Counted from the stretch's first letter, positions 26,187 to 39,996 are shown. The stretch is DNA of 64,000 bases from Octopus vulgaris (GCA_951406725.2 OX597815.1:167400001-167464000); one strand, 5' to 3'. Program-made: numbers and translations. Notes: generated by a model not told the origin, from the letters alone.

Positions 26187-26815
26187 CAGTAAAAAATAAA
26201 TACAGACATGGACAAGAACATGAAACACCAAAGAGACGACACAAGAACCACAGGACGGGACATTCGAAGCCCTCAGTCATCAGTCAAGAACCAGATCATC
26301 TTCGCAATTTCGGCTGATTAATCTTGAGATTGCTCCGATCTGGGCAGCCCGCCAAGGGAAATCTAAGCCAAGCGCATTAGATCCCCTGGAAGAAAGCTTC
26401 GAATGTATACAACACGAGGACGGAAAACGAACGAAGTACACGAACAAAAATACAGAATACGTGACACCAATAAGAATACAAAAACGTAAAAACAATAACG
26501 GTAAAGATAAAAAACAAAACAAAACCAGGACGTAGGACAAGGGTCTTTCGACAGGACGAGTTGAGTTTGGGGCTGGCTTATGAAGTTGTGCCTAATGGCC
26601 GCAGGGAGACGAACAAATACGTGTTGCTTCGACGACTGCTGGAACGAAAAGGCGCTCAGCAGTGGCTAGCGGTCACGTGAGAACAAAAGACAGGAGAAAG
26701 GGACAGATGAAAAGAGAGAAAGGTGGACGAGGGAGGAGAAGAAAAGAGACAGATCGAGGGGACTGGAGGTGAGAGAGATAGAGAAACGTAGAAGGGGGGG
26801 ACGGATGGAGAGGGA
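26187..26815 (-). mobile_element. Non-coding retroelement end (PLE-like 3' UTR/pLTR) carrying permuted HHR-like motif copy B
   Basis: Homologous to 27870-28545 (CT-rich tract, tcacgtgaccgct, structured motif, U-rich tail ending at (TA)n). Confidence 0.65.
26270..26358 (-). ncRNA. Permuted pseudoknotted hammerhead-like motif, copy B (best preserved)
   Basis: Minus strand: cccttgg cg ggctg c ccagatc gGA gcaaTC tcaaga ttaat cagcc GAAA ttgc gaaGAt gatctgg t tcttga CTGATGA ctgaggg. Confidence 0.7.
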
Positions 26816-26864
26816 ACATACATACATACATACATACATACATACATACATGTATAAATATATA

Positions 26865-27053
26865 TTTTCTTTTATTCTTTTACTTGTTTCTGTCATTTGA
26901 CTGCACCACCTTTCAGCCGAAGAAATCGACACGACCCCAGGGCTTATTCTTTGTAAGCCTAATACTTATTCTATCGGGCACTTTTGCTGAAACGCTAGAT
27001 TACGGAGACAGACACAGATACAAGAACACACACACACACACATATATATACAT

Positions 27054-27150
<97 letters not shown>

Positions 27151-27360
27151 ATGTATATATATGTATGTATATATATATATATATATATTTGTGTGTGTCC
27201 TTGTGTCTGTTTTTGTCCCCCACTATCGCTTGACGACCGATGTTGATGTGTTTACGTCCCCGTAATATAGTGGTACGGCAAAAGAAACCGATAGAATACA
27301 TATCGGGCTTTAAAAAGTAAGTCCTGACAAAAATACTCTTTAAGACGGTGTTCCAGCATA
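26865..27360. mobile_element. Two SINE family A 3' halves in opposite orientation around a (TA)n tract
   Basis: 26865-27010 (minus) and 27190-27360 (plus) both match the SINE 3' domain. Confidence 0.7.
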
Positions 27361-27869
27361 CATACGTCTTTATGCGTGTATATCTTATATGTATATTTTC
27401 AGGGTGGATACAAGTGTATGTAGAAGCACATTTCATGCTGAGGTTATACTTCGAAATTTCGAGAGTTTTGAGGAGTATGGGAGTTACTCCTTAGTCATCC
27501 CCAATCTCCTGTCTGTTCTCGCCTGGTAGATGCGACATAAAAAAGAGCTCTGCGTATCCGTGTTATGACAGTAGATGGTCTGATGTTTAACGCATATAAG
27601 ATAGTGCACTGCGTTTGACTCTGGTATTGCCGATCTTTTTGGTCCAAATGCCGGTCCTCACACAACACAAGAGCAGTATGAAATGAAGTCTTTTGCTCAA
27701 GAGCAAAGCATGACACCCCACCCGGGAACCGAACCGTATGTACAATTTTCATATAAGCTGTTATTGCCACTTGCATATCATACTTAATATCGATATACTA
27801 TCGATAGGCGATAGGCTAGTTATTGCAGTATTTGTCCAGAGATAACATCTTTTATAAATACACACACAC

Positions 27870-28541
27870 ACACCTTTGTCTCGCTTTGCACTCACAGGTC
27901 AATCTTCGACACCCATCCCTTCTCCTCTCTGATTCCTTCTTTCTCTCTCTTCTCTCCCCTTGTTGCGTTTGTCCCTCCTCTCTATCTCTCTTCTCTCTCT
28001 CTCTCTTCCTTCCTTTGCTTCTCTTTCTTTTCTTTTCTCTCTTCTCCGTCACGTGACCGCTGGCCGAAATCTGTCTCTCAGCTTCCGACTAGCGACGTGT
28101 TAACATCGTTGTTTTTCGTCCGCCGCCAAGGCATCGCCGATAAGGCTCCTTTCCAAAATGCGCCAGAGAAAATTTGTTTGCTTGTTATCAGTCGTAAGAC
28201 ACTTGTTGTTTTCACCGTTAATGCTTCTGTATTTCATGTTTCTGTATTCCATTATTGTTTTTTGCCTTTTATATTCGTCCTTTTTGCTGTCCCGGTGTTC
28301 GTATGCATTCGATCCTTCTTCCAGGAAATCTACGCTCCCAGCTTAGTTTTTCTAATGCTCGTTGCTTAGTTTTTCTTGGAGGGCTGGCCGTATCTAGTAA
28401 TCTCAAGATTAATCAGCCGAAATTACTACGATGATCCGGTTCTTGACTGAAGACTGAGGGTTTCGAATGTCCTGTCCGTGTTTATTGTATCGTCTTCTAA
28501 GAGTTATATGTTCTTGTCCATGTTGTATTTTTCTACATACC

Positions 28542-28545
<4 letters not shown>
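27870..28545 (+). mobile_element. Non-coding retroelement end carrying permuted HHR-like motif copy C
   Basis: Diverged inverted homolog of 26187-26815. Confidence 0.65.
28373..28460 (+). ncRNA. Permuted pseudoknotted hammerhead-like motif, copy C
   Basis: ttcttgg ag ggctgg ccgtatc ta gtaaTC tcaaga ttaat cagcc GAAA ttac tacGAt gatccgg t tcttga CTGAAGA ctgaggg. Confidence 0.65.
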
Positions 28546-28574
<29 letters not shown>

Positions 28575-28577
<3 letters not shown>

Positions 28578-28731
28578 GTTGTGTTTAGGAATGGTCATTT
28601 TGCCAGTTTAGCCAATAAAAACACACGCACTATATATTTGGTGTTACTTTGCTTCAGTGTTATTTATTTTTTACATTAATCTTAATCATATTTCGGCCAG
28701 AGTTCTTTCGTCACACTCCTGTGACCGCATC
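28575..28731 (-). mobile_element. PLE-like terminal fragment (same family as 50505-50745)
   Basis: Near-identical reverse complement of 50586-50745; starts at (TA)n. Confidence 0.7.
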
Positions 28732-28879
28732 TTGCACAACAAATATTTAAACGTATATATATATATATGTATATATATCCATATCCATATACCCAGGCCT
28801 ATTCCCCTGTTTTTTAAGAGTTAGCCACAACACACATTCCTGGCATTCCATTCATTTCCCAACTCAAATATATAGTCAA

Positions 28880-29990
28880 ATCGGACATTAAAAACAACAA
28901 CTAACAAAACAACAAAAGTACGTACACGCGGAATGTATTAGCCGGACGATCAGTAAAGGTAGAATAAAAGAATAGAGTTTTAGAAATTCGAGCACAGCTC
29001 TCCATCAGAATTAAGAGAAAGGAAAAGACCATAGAAGGGAAAAAGTCCAGGAAAAGCCCGTGTGTAATTATTGATGCATGTATGTAAATGTGTGCGCGTG
29101 CATGTGTGTGTTGGGAAAGATATAAGCCGTGTTTCTGAATGAAGAATTATGGCTGAAAACCATGTCCTCTTGGATTTCTATAAAGTCATATCAATATAAA
29201 GTCCCTCATTAGAATGAAGATCCAGATTCCTTGGTTGTCTTCTACTTCGTATACGACCACTTCAGTGTTACATTACTTATTTTGCAGGGAATTCGATGGT
29301 GTACTGTCATGAACAATCTGCCACATTACATACAGCTTACCGGGTTTCATAGTCTCCATATTAGCCGTTTTGCTGTAATTTAAAAGCATGCTTCTTAAAA
29401 AATCGTTCCAGTTTCTAAATGAAGTGTTTGGCAATTAAATTTAGAAAGCTTTAGGGAGTTCTAGGTGTATAAATCATTTGATATTTCGATATCTTTTCTT
29501 TCTATGTGTTCTAAATATGGAAATACGCTGGATGTTATTGTAAAATCCGCAAGCTTTTAAGACTTCATTATAATCAGGATCTGTTTGTGAAAAATCTCTT
29601 TTCATGAAGACATATTCAAAATCTTTCCACTCATATTCAGGATCACTCTTATTTCTCATAAATACACTTGTTGCTCTTTACTCCTGTCGCTTATCGCTGA
29701 TAAGATTTTCTAAATTATATATTTAAGTATAGTTTGGTTATATGACCCTGTGTTAAAATAAATGAAGAATGTATTTATTTTGCCTGAAAGAGTTATATGA
29801 GTTATTTTTATACTTAATTATTTTCAGGAAATTAACTCAAGTTAAATTATCGCTGGTGTGATTTTAAAGCCAAAATACTGAACATTTCGATGATATCTTT
29901 CTTTAGTTTATCTAGCGAATTTTCATTGGCATTTTTAAAGCCACATCTTGCATCATCTTTGTGAAAACGGAAGTCTACAATGACAAATTC
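28880..29990 (-). mobile_element. Decayed PLE: RT C-terminal part plus 3' terminus
   Basis: Minus strand [25 protein letters not shown] (LYRDDG...KKDII-like); YNEVLKACGF; decayed ctgatgg-agagc..gctc-gaa motif near 29000. Confidence 0.65.
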
Positions 29991-30028
29991 CTTACAAGAG
30001 CACGCACACACACACATACATACATAGA

Positions 30029-30060
<32 letters not shown>

Positions 30061-30077
30061 CATATATATATTTATAC

Positions 30078-30830
<753 letters not shown>

Positions 30831-30839
30831 GTCGTCAAT

Positions 30840-31450
30840 TTCAGGGACTCGTATAACTCTCGATGCGAAAATTTGGTACCATCCCCTTTAGGATCTTCCA
30901 TATGTATACCACTGCACAATTTTGCTCCAGGGAGTAGAGTTGTAGCTCTTTCAGTCTCTTCCTGTAGCTCTATTGTCCCGCAGAACCGCTTCAAGTTTCG
31001 CTATTAATTAGACATTGTATGGCGACCACAGCTGAAACCAGTAGTCTGGATGGCTGGGGACAAATATCTTTCATAGACCCAGCATAATCTCATGGTCCTT
31101 TCTCTGAAAGTTCTCAGAGTAGATCTGGCCATTCGCCTGCACATTGCCATGTTGGTGACATGTGTATGAAGCGAGGCGCCGTTGATCATATGAATCCCCA
31201 GATAGTGCACTGTGCTTGACTCTGGTATTGCCGATCTTTTCGGTCCTAAATCCATTTTTGCGGCATGTTAGTGCAAGGTAGCTGATAGCAGAAGTCTTGG
31301 AATTTTCCCACATTAAATTTCATGTTGTTTTCTGGTGCCCTTTTATACATGGCATTTAGATCTTTCTGTAAAATATTCGAATCGAAAGATTCCTTGACTG
31401 CTTGTACTACTTTTGTATCGTAGGCGTAGGTAGTAAGTGTGGTTGTCTGT
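30840..31450 (-). mobile_element. CR1/L2-group LINE, decayed RT 3' fragment
   Basis: Minus strand TYAYDTKV (YADDTK)...LQKDLNAMY...NNMKFNVGKFQ...YRKRLKELQLYSLE...YIWKILKGMVPN. Confidence 0.85.
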
Positions 31451-31776
31451 GTAACTCTTTGTGCGTATGTGTGTATGCATGTATGTAAGTATATATGTAT
31501 GTATATAGTATTCTTGTTAAAGAATAATAAATATTTACTCTACAAAATGAACTGGGGAATTCTTCAGTTTAATGTCAAATTTGTTTCTATTATAATTTAA
31601 ATATTTCGTTATTAATACTATTAAAGTATTTATGTATTTATTACGAGTGAATATATATATTTTATAATATATTATTATTAATATCAGGAAGTCAATATTA
31701 GAAAATTCTTCAGACAGATAGATACGTGTGTAAAATAATTGTTGTATTAAAAATATGAATATATTATAACATAAAA

Positions 31777-31985
31777 AAGGTGGCGAATTGCCAGAATCAT
31801 TAGCACACCGGACATAATTCTTGTGGCATTTTGTCTGCCTTTGCTTCTGAGTTCAAATCACGTCACCTACGGCTTTGCTGTTCATCAATTCTGGATCTCT
31901 GAGTAATAGTTGAGCACTAGGGTCGATGTGATCGCCAAGGCTGTGCTTCAAAAATTTTAGGCCTTATACCTTTACTAAAAAGAAC
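31777..31985 (+). mobile_element. SINE family B, diverged
   Basis: ggtggcgaattgccagaatcattagcac...ttctgagttcaaat. Confidence 0.7.
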
Positions 31986-32179
31986 TACAGCTTAACATTA
32001 AGATAAACATTGATATAGATAGATAGATAGATATCGCATTTTGTATATCTTACTTAACGCGGATATACTGTAGAAAATAACACACTGTAGTATTTGTCTT
32101 GAGAAAGCATCTTGTGCACGTAAGTAGTAGTAGCAGATGAAAAGCGTCCAGTAGCGGCGGTGGAATTGCTAGATCCGGG

Positions 32180-32700
32180 ATATCTGTGTACATAGGATTT
32201 TGTATAATCAATGTTATCAAATGACCCTGCTCTTTTCTGTGTTTCAAAAGAACAGTCTGAGTTAGTGCTTTTTCTCCAAGCAAAGTCCTTTTTGAAAGCT
32301 AATTTTAATTTTGCGACCATTGTAAATTCTATAGCATTATTATCTGTAGTATCATATATTTTAACATTATTTAATGCTTTGTATATTTTAGTTACCGGCG
32401 AATAAGAGCCTATTGTGTTAAATTTGGCGTTGAACTTAATAAAGATTATCAAGCTAACTGCTGTTTTTATAATAATTATTGCGTCGATTGAGATAATTCC
32501 CAATGTTATTTTATTTTCTGAGAATGTTCGTAGAGCCTAAACGAATCTTAGATTGGAATAGGTTTATTGAACAACATTTTGAGTTAGCAGAAAAGTTATC
32601 TTTATGGTCTTTAATTGTGATAAACGTTTTAACTTTTATTAAAACCTTTTGTCTGCTTTCTATACTAAGCTTTTCTGCGTTGGCTTTGCTCCTCTGTTAA
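32180..32700 (-). mobile_element. Decayed PLE RT fragment (Naiad-type)
   Basis: Minus strand KTFITIKDHKDNFSANSKC...FIKF...AWRK..GSFD, matching TLKDHKxNF and MGSFDG motifs. Confidence 0.75.
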
Positions 32701-32761
32701 TATCATTATGGCTTCTCTGGCCTCGTGCCAAAATTTGAAAATAATATTATAATGACTTCTT

Positions 32762-32972
32762 AAGTCAGCGAGCTGGTACAGAATGGGAAAAATTCTTAGC
32801 GGCATTTCGTCTGTCCTTACGTTCTGAGTTCAAATTCTGCCGAGGTCGACTTTGCCTTTCTTCTTTTTGGTGTCGATAAAGTAAGTACCAGCTGGCCGTT
32901 GGAGTCGATGTAATCGACTTACTCTCTCTCTCTCTCTCCCGAAATTGCTAATCCCGTACCAAAATTTGAAAT
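32762..32972 (+). mobile_element. SINE family B
   Basis: gcgagctgg...gttctgagttcaaattctgccgaggtcgactttgcctttc...ccaaaatttgaaa. Confidence 0.85.
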
Positions 32973-33206
32973 CTGCATTATCATTATAGTATTCACATGT
33001 TTATGCTATTGTTTAATCCATTAAAATCTCTTTAGTCCCATCAGACAAGGTGAGAACTTACAGAATTTAACGTTTAGTGTTGTATATTACTTAAGATATA
33101 TTATTATGTATTATTTAAGATTTAGTATCTTGTATTATTTAAGCTTTAGCATGATGTATTAAGATTTAGCATTATATATTATTTAAGATGTATTGTTATT
33201 ACTTAA

Positions 33207-33372
33207 GAGGTAGAATCGTTAGCACACTGGACGAAATGCTTAGCCCGTCGCTATATTCTGAGTTCAATTTCGCTGAAGTTGACTTATCCTTTCGGGCTCG
33301 ATAAATTAAGTACCAATGAAATTCTGGGGTCGATGAAATCGGTTAGTCCCCTCCTCCAAAACTTCAGGCTAA
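33207..33372 (+). mobile_element. SINE family B, diverged
   Basis: agaatcgttagcac...ttctgagttcaa...tcgataaattaagtacca. Confidence 0.75.
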
Positions 33373-33489
33373 ACTGTTTATATACTCAAGTGTTTAACAC
33401 GCTATAAATACCAGTGGCCTGTAAATGGGGATCTTAGTTCACACAGTATCAATGTATGATATAATATATATGCAGCACATGGTATATAC

Positions 33490-33525
<36 letters not shown>

Positions 33526-33528
<3 letters not shown>

Positions 33529-36476
33529 GAGTGGCCCTACTTGCTTAGTGTAAGAGTCACATTCAGATGTTTGAGATCTGCACGACAGAAACAAAAGATA
33601 CAGACATGTTTTTGTTACATACACATTTGTTACAGAAATTCTATATATGCATGTTAAAACATGCTTCTATGCAATAATATTTAACAATGTATACAATTTT
33701 TTAAACTGTTAATTTGCATTTGTTTCAGAAATCAGAAAATACACATGTATATATCAAATGTTTTCAAAATCTTGACGATTGTTTTAACTATATTGAGCAT
33801 ATTTAATACCGTTATGAACTACGGGAACTTCTAAGAAGAATGTGCGAATTTTCATTTCGGTGACATAAAATTAGACAACACTAAAAAGGGAAAAACTATA
33901 TTTTTAATTATATTTATTTGTCTTAGTAAAATATCTGGTCAAAACATGGAGGAAAATATGTAAAATAAAAAAAGGTATTTTAATCAGATACCACCTTACA
34001 AAATTACAATCTTATCGTATGTTTATGACAAACAGACAATGCTACAAATATCGCTCTATCAAAGCCGCTATTTACTGCTAGTATAGATATTGCGGGTCTC
34101 CATCTTGGTTGTGAGTTGTTGAAGATCTGGTTGATATCTTGTCAAAACTGTACGAATTAGCTCCGTCGGGTGTTGGTTTGTAAGGACTGCACGATGCTCC
34201 GACTTCACAAACTTCAATACATAGTACAGTGATTCACATCAGTATGTTGTGCTGAACATTGAGATGAGCCGCACACTAGTTTTCTTCAGTTTAGGATATC
34301 TTATTTTTGGAACTTGTTTCTAGAACTCAGTTGTAGACTGGGATTTATGGATCATCTTTAGACCCGGATCCTTCTGTAGTTCCATTAGTTCCATTTCCAC
34401 AGCAGATGATACCGTAACTAGAGGTTCGAGAATTGGACATCCATCATTGACCACATCAGCTATAAATGGAATTACAAGAAAGGCGAAGCAGGGCTTTAGC
34501 TTCCGCAAGCCATCAATCCTGGTTAGGAAATTATCGAGCAGTCCTTGGAATTTATCTTTGTATTCTTTCAGCTTGTGGTCTTTTATTTCAATATCATAGA
34601 ATGTATTTTCTCTCCTACTGAAATTGGGAAAATGACTGAAGTTTCTTGATAAGATGTCTCTTTGAAAAACTCTTATTTCATTCTGAAAGCTGAAAATTGC
34701 CTGATTAAGATATTGTTCCCTGGAGAGCCAAGTTGAGAGGTTGTAGATGATTCAGTGTATCAATAAGGAACATCAGATCATTCATTCATCATTCATTTTC
34801 CATTTGAGGATAGGATCTTTTCTTTCCTTTAAGAAAAGTAATAATAAGGCTCCAACAGATTAGCAAACCTACTCAGGACATGGCTGGGTCACATCACCTC
34901 ACAATGCAGCAGAAAGAGACATTACTGGATTTATTTTCAAGCTCCAGTTCTTCAATAAAATTTCTGAACTGTCAGTGAGTTTTCTCATTTAAGCGTATGA
35001 AATTGAGAATTTCAAGGACAGTTTTCATAACATCTTCATACTTGAAGCATCTGGCTGCCAGGTATTCATGCAATGAACAGGGGAAAACTCTGGAAAGCTG
35101 GGATCATTTCTCATAAGTGCAATTAATCCTACATTTTTCCCACCATTGCAGGTGCTCTATCTGTTGCAACATTGACGAATTTATTCAGTGGAACATGATC
35201 ATTTGTTAAGATTCTGCCAAACGCATTTTTAATGTCAACACCACGAGTTGTTTTTTTTTTTTGGATGCTACTAAGTCCAACACTTCTTTCACAGTTACAT
35301 CAGAGGAAACATAACGAATAAATACTGCTAGTTGTGGGTTGTCTTGTATGTCTGTTGATTCATCAAGAGCTAAGCTGAATGCAAGAGAATTTTTAAAAAT
35401 CATTTCGCATTTTTGCCTGCAATATCAGCACCGATCTGAGAGATACGTCTCTCTGTAGTGTGGCTAAAAACTGGTGCTTGTCTTATTAGTTGCTAAAGTC
35501 TTATGTTCTTTGGATCTAACACCGCAACAGCTTCAGCTATATTCTTCTTAACCATCAGGATATGGGCGTTAAGCACGAGCAATATTGTATGACATAACAA
35601 AACTGCTTCAGTCGTTGTATCAACTTCCTTACTGAACGTTGTCAATAGTATCTGCTGGCTATTTTGTCATGATTTTAACACAGTCAATTGGTTTTTCCTT
35701 TATTTCTGATTCAGGTGGGTAATCATACGAAAGGTTTTTGTGATTTGTTTCAAAGTGGCGTTTCAAGTTACTGGCTTTGTAATGACTGAGTGATACATGG
35801 CAGATAAGGTACAAAGGTTTAACTTCTTTAACGGTGAATGCAAAATCTTCCTCCCAATCTGGCTTAAAATTTCTGTTTTCATCTTCATATTTTCATCCCT
35901 TACAATTTGAGGCGGTAATCTCTCTTCACAAAATTTTCCCTGACACTTTTAAATAAAACTTGTATCCGGAGTGTACCAACTAGGTCTGCACAGTTCAATG
36001 TCTTCTGTTATATTGCATCAGTGTATATGACGTGAGTGCGATCGGACCTAGACTCATTAAGCCACCTATGACCACAGTCACTTCCCCAGCGCGCCCAAAC
36101 CTTTAAACTCCTTACCCATGTCCTCAGTCTTCCGACATTTCTCTGTAACCCTTGCTGACCAGAAATTTCTTTAATGCCCCTGCTTCATACCATTCCTTCC
36201 TTTAGCACTAAAGAACAATGCCTCACTCAGATCTAGCATTAAAATTTGGATTCAAATTCTTAAATATTTTTACTAAAGATGAACGTTAAACTTACATGTT
36301 AATCCAATGGGGTCTCAATTCATACCCGATAAATAATCATAAAGCTTGAAATTTTCTTATATACCTTTTAAATTAGCTGTGATGAAAAAGGAGCTCGGGC
36401 AACGTATTTCCACGAGCCACATATTAAAGGTCAAAGAGCCGCATGTGGCTCGCGAGCCGCGGCTATACCACCTCTG
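33526..36476 (-). mobile_element. hAT (Charlie/Buster-like) DNA transposon, near full length, transposase pseudogene
   Basis: Termini caggagtggcc / ccacctctg with subterminal gagccgcatgtggctcgcgagccg; minus strand FSLALDESTDIQDNPQLAVFIRYV and EMELMELQ; inserted in (TA)n; many stops. Confidence 0.9.
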
Positions 36477-36584
36477 ATATATATATATATATATATAATT
36501 ATATCAAAGGGAAATGGAAATTAATTAAAATTTACATTTCCAGTGGGCTAACGTGTAGAGATTTAGTCAAAAAGACTATATATT

Positions 36585-37112
36585 AGTCATACGATATAGT
36601 GTATATTTAAATCCACTTATAGGAATTCAACACGCAAGAAAGAATAGCCAGGTTCTATAACCACAAAAAATTAGGGATAAAATTCGACAGGAACGAAATG
36701 AAAAATAAAAAACATTTTACCATCTAGTTTCCTTTGTTTATTTTTTTATTGCCGGCGAAAGACTGCGGCTGCGCAGTAGATTTTGAAAAAGTTAAGACGT
36801 ATAAATACAGGGCAAGTAGTTTTGATCACCCCGTGTGTTTACGTTTAACCCAAGGTTTTCCTGCTGAAGAAGTTTGCACCTGGCGAGTTCCTTTGCTCGC
36901 TAAACTAAAATCAGAAACCAATTGGTCCAGGAAACTAGATGGTAAAATGTTTTTATTTTTCATTTCGTTCCTGTCGAATTTTATCCCTAATTTTTTGTGG
37001 TTATAGAACCTAGCTGTTCTTTCTAGCGTGAATAGAATCTAGCTGTTCTTTCTAGCCTCTTGAATTCCTATGAGTGAATTCCTCATGTGTTTAAATATAC
37101 ACTATATTGTAT

Positions 37113-37115
<3 letters not shown>
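36585..37115 (+). mobile_element. PLE terminus with HHR and a 5' inverted partial copy
   Basis: 36585-36733 is the reverse complement of 36929-37115 (apart from a small duplication); flanked by (TA)n. Confidence 0.8.
36857..36934 (+). ncRNA. Type I hammerhead ribozyme with irregular stem II
   Basis: tttcctg-CTGAAGA-...-GAAAC-caattg-GTC-caggaaa; 7-bp stem I; fully palindromic stem III (accaattggt). Confidence 0.75.
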
Positions 37116-37161
<46 letters not shown>

Positions 37162-38030
37162 TGATAGGCGTGGGAGTATTTGCGATTGCATGTGTATGTC
37201 TCTGTCTCTCTCCATATACATATAGAGAGAAGGGTGAGAGGAGAGAAAAGAATGGTGAGGTGAATATAGGGAGATGCTTATATGTATAGATTAACAGATA
37301 GGCAAATTGCTGACAGACTGACACGTATATAGATACTGTTGGATATAAAACTTCAGAGGGTAGATGTGAGAGAAATATTGGAAAGAAAATTGTGAGAGTG
37401 CAATGAGAAATAACGAAAGAAAGTGTGAGAAAGCAACAAGATAAAAACGATTGGAAAAAAAAAATTTATCTGCATGAAGGAAGAGATTGAAATAGGAGTC
37501 CTAGACAGTGAGATCGTGAGCGTATGTGAGGAAATTAATATTTCTTACGGAATAGGGAGATATAACATAAAACAAATGAGAAAATATATAAACCAATAGA
37601 CTAGAAAATAAATCCTATAAAGATAACATCTCACTAATCAACACTGCCTTGATAAAAAAAAGTATTCACACGCGAAATAAACGGAGTATTCATGAATAAA
37701 AGCAGGAGCAGCAATTTTAATAGTATTACTCTCATTTATACTAACTTTATCGTCAATAATATCAACATCAGCGTGTCTCAGGCAATGCTTATTCCAAATT
37801 ACTGATCAAACCAAGGATGACAACACCCGATATATTTCGATTTTATTCTGACACCCCTAATGAAGAAAGACAGCGTTATGTTTTCGGTGAAGTAATAATG
37901 AATTACTCAGTATTTATGCAATGATGTCTCTGAGGTGTTTGCCACTAAGCAATTATATTTTCGAATGCAAACACACCTAGATTCTTGTCTATTTATTATG
38001 TTTTTCAATTGTGAAACACTTCAGAAACTA

Positions 38031-38586
38031 TTGGTTTGTCCGGAAAGTTCATGCCGATTTATAGTAGTTTACCTTTGACTTATTTGGGAACATTGTCCAG
38101 TCCATAAAATAGGATTTGACCACACCTCCTTTAAGAGGACAGTTTAAGCTATCTTTTCGTGGAAGAAGGTTTATGTTCCTTTCAGCTGTGTTAATTTTGT
38201 AACACTATAAAATGGAAGTTAAAAGTTCATTTTCCGCACTTGATGCTTTGGGAACCAGACAAAAATTGCTACAGCTCGGCTGGGACGTGTTACCCCACTC
38301 TCCATATCCATTGCGCCTTCGGATTTCCACTTATTCAGGCCTCTGCAGAATAGTCTTAATGGTAAAACTTTTAATTCCTTGGATGACGTAAAAAGAGACT
38401 TTAATGAATTCATTGCCATGAAACCACCTCAAATCTGGGAAGAGGGTATTTTCAAGTTAAAGGAAAGAGGGAGATGCATTGTGCAACAAAATGGCTCATA
38501 TTTGGTTGATTAAAAATGTAATGGCAAGTATTTATTGACCTTTTTCTTACCTTTAAAAATCGGCACGAACTTTCCGGACAACCCAA
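38031..38586 (+). mobile_element. Mariner internal-deletion derivative
   Basis: TA-flanked TIRs ttggtttgtccggaaagttcatgccgattt / aaatcggcacgaactttccggacaacccaa; C-terminal remnant LGWDVLPH..APSDFHLFRPLQNSL..IVQQNGSY. Confidence 0.92.
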
Positions 38587-39069
38587 TACAAAGAGATACC
38601 ATTTTGCTGGAAAGGAAAATAAGACCGAAGTGTCCGAAGTTGTCTCCCCGCATTTAGCCAGAAAATGACTACATCGACGTTAGTCACTGCATAATATCGA
38701 TTGTCATTTTGTCTCGTTCTAACCGAGTATTTATATTCTAGTTTGGTGTTTGCTTCTCTGTGAATTAAATATGTTAAATAACGTACCGACAGATTGAAAA
38801 TGTTGTGACTTAATTACTGTTAAGGTGCTATCACATTGTGATTGTCATGTACCAAGGCAACACTAAACTGATTCAGATTGCATTATGTACGTACACAACG
38901 TGTTCCGGTAAAGTTAGCTAAGAAGATAAGTGCTGTTGATTTGCTCCTAGTGAATTTTGATTCAATACACAGGAGGCAATCCAGAAATGAATATTTTAGC
39001 TTTTCAGTGATATCTTCGAATCTATTTTGAAAATGTTGTATGTAAATATATACATGCATACAAATATAC

Positions 39070-39610
<541 letters not shown>

Positions 39611-39649
39611 GCATGTATGCATGTATACAAATGATATAATAGTTTCAAT

Positions 39650-39937
39650 ACTATTATTATTGAAAGTATTAAAACCGAATGTATCTCACATTACAATAGA
39701 GACGTTATTGTTTCGCTTTTGACACGCAATACTGAAATAGTGCAAGAAATAAGAGATTGCTGCGTGCTCATATTAGGCAAAAAGTTAAAAATTGTTTGGG
39801 CCCATGACACTGCATGGACCCTAAATACGGCACGTGTAAATTGAATGAAATCGGTTGGGTAGTTCCCGAGTTTTAGTAATGCACACATACCGACACACAG
39901 ATAGACACACACATATTCCCAGTTTTATATATATAGA
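39650..39937 (-). mobile_element. Non-autonomous Helitron-like fragment (5' end)
   Basis: Minus strand starts A|TCtatatatataaaactggg..gtgtgtgtct and has the ccgatttcat motif, as in 44978-45377. Confidence 0.55.
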
Positions 39938-39996
39938 TACATATACATATATGTATATATGCACACACGTATACATGCATATATAGATAGATAGAC

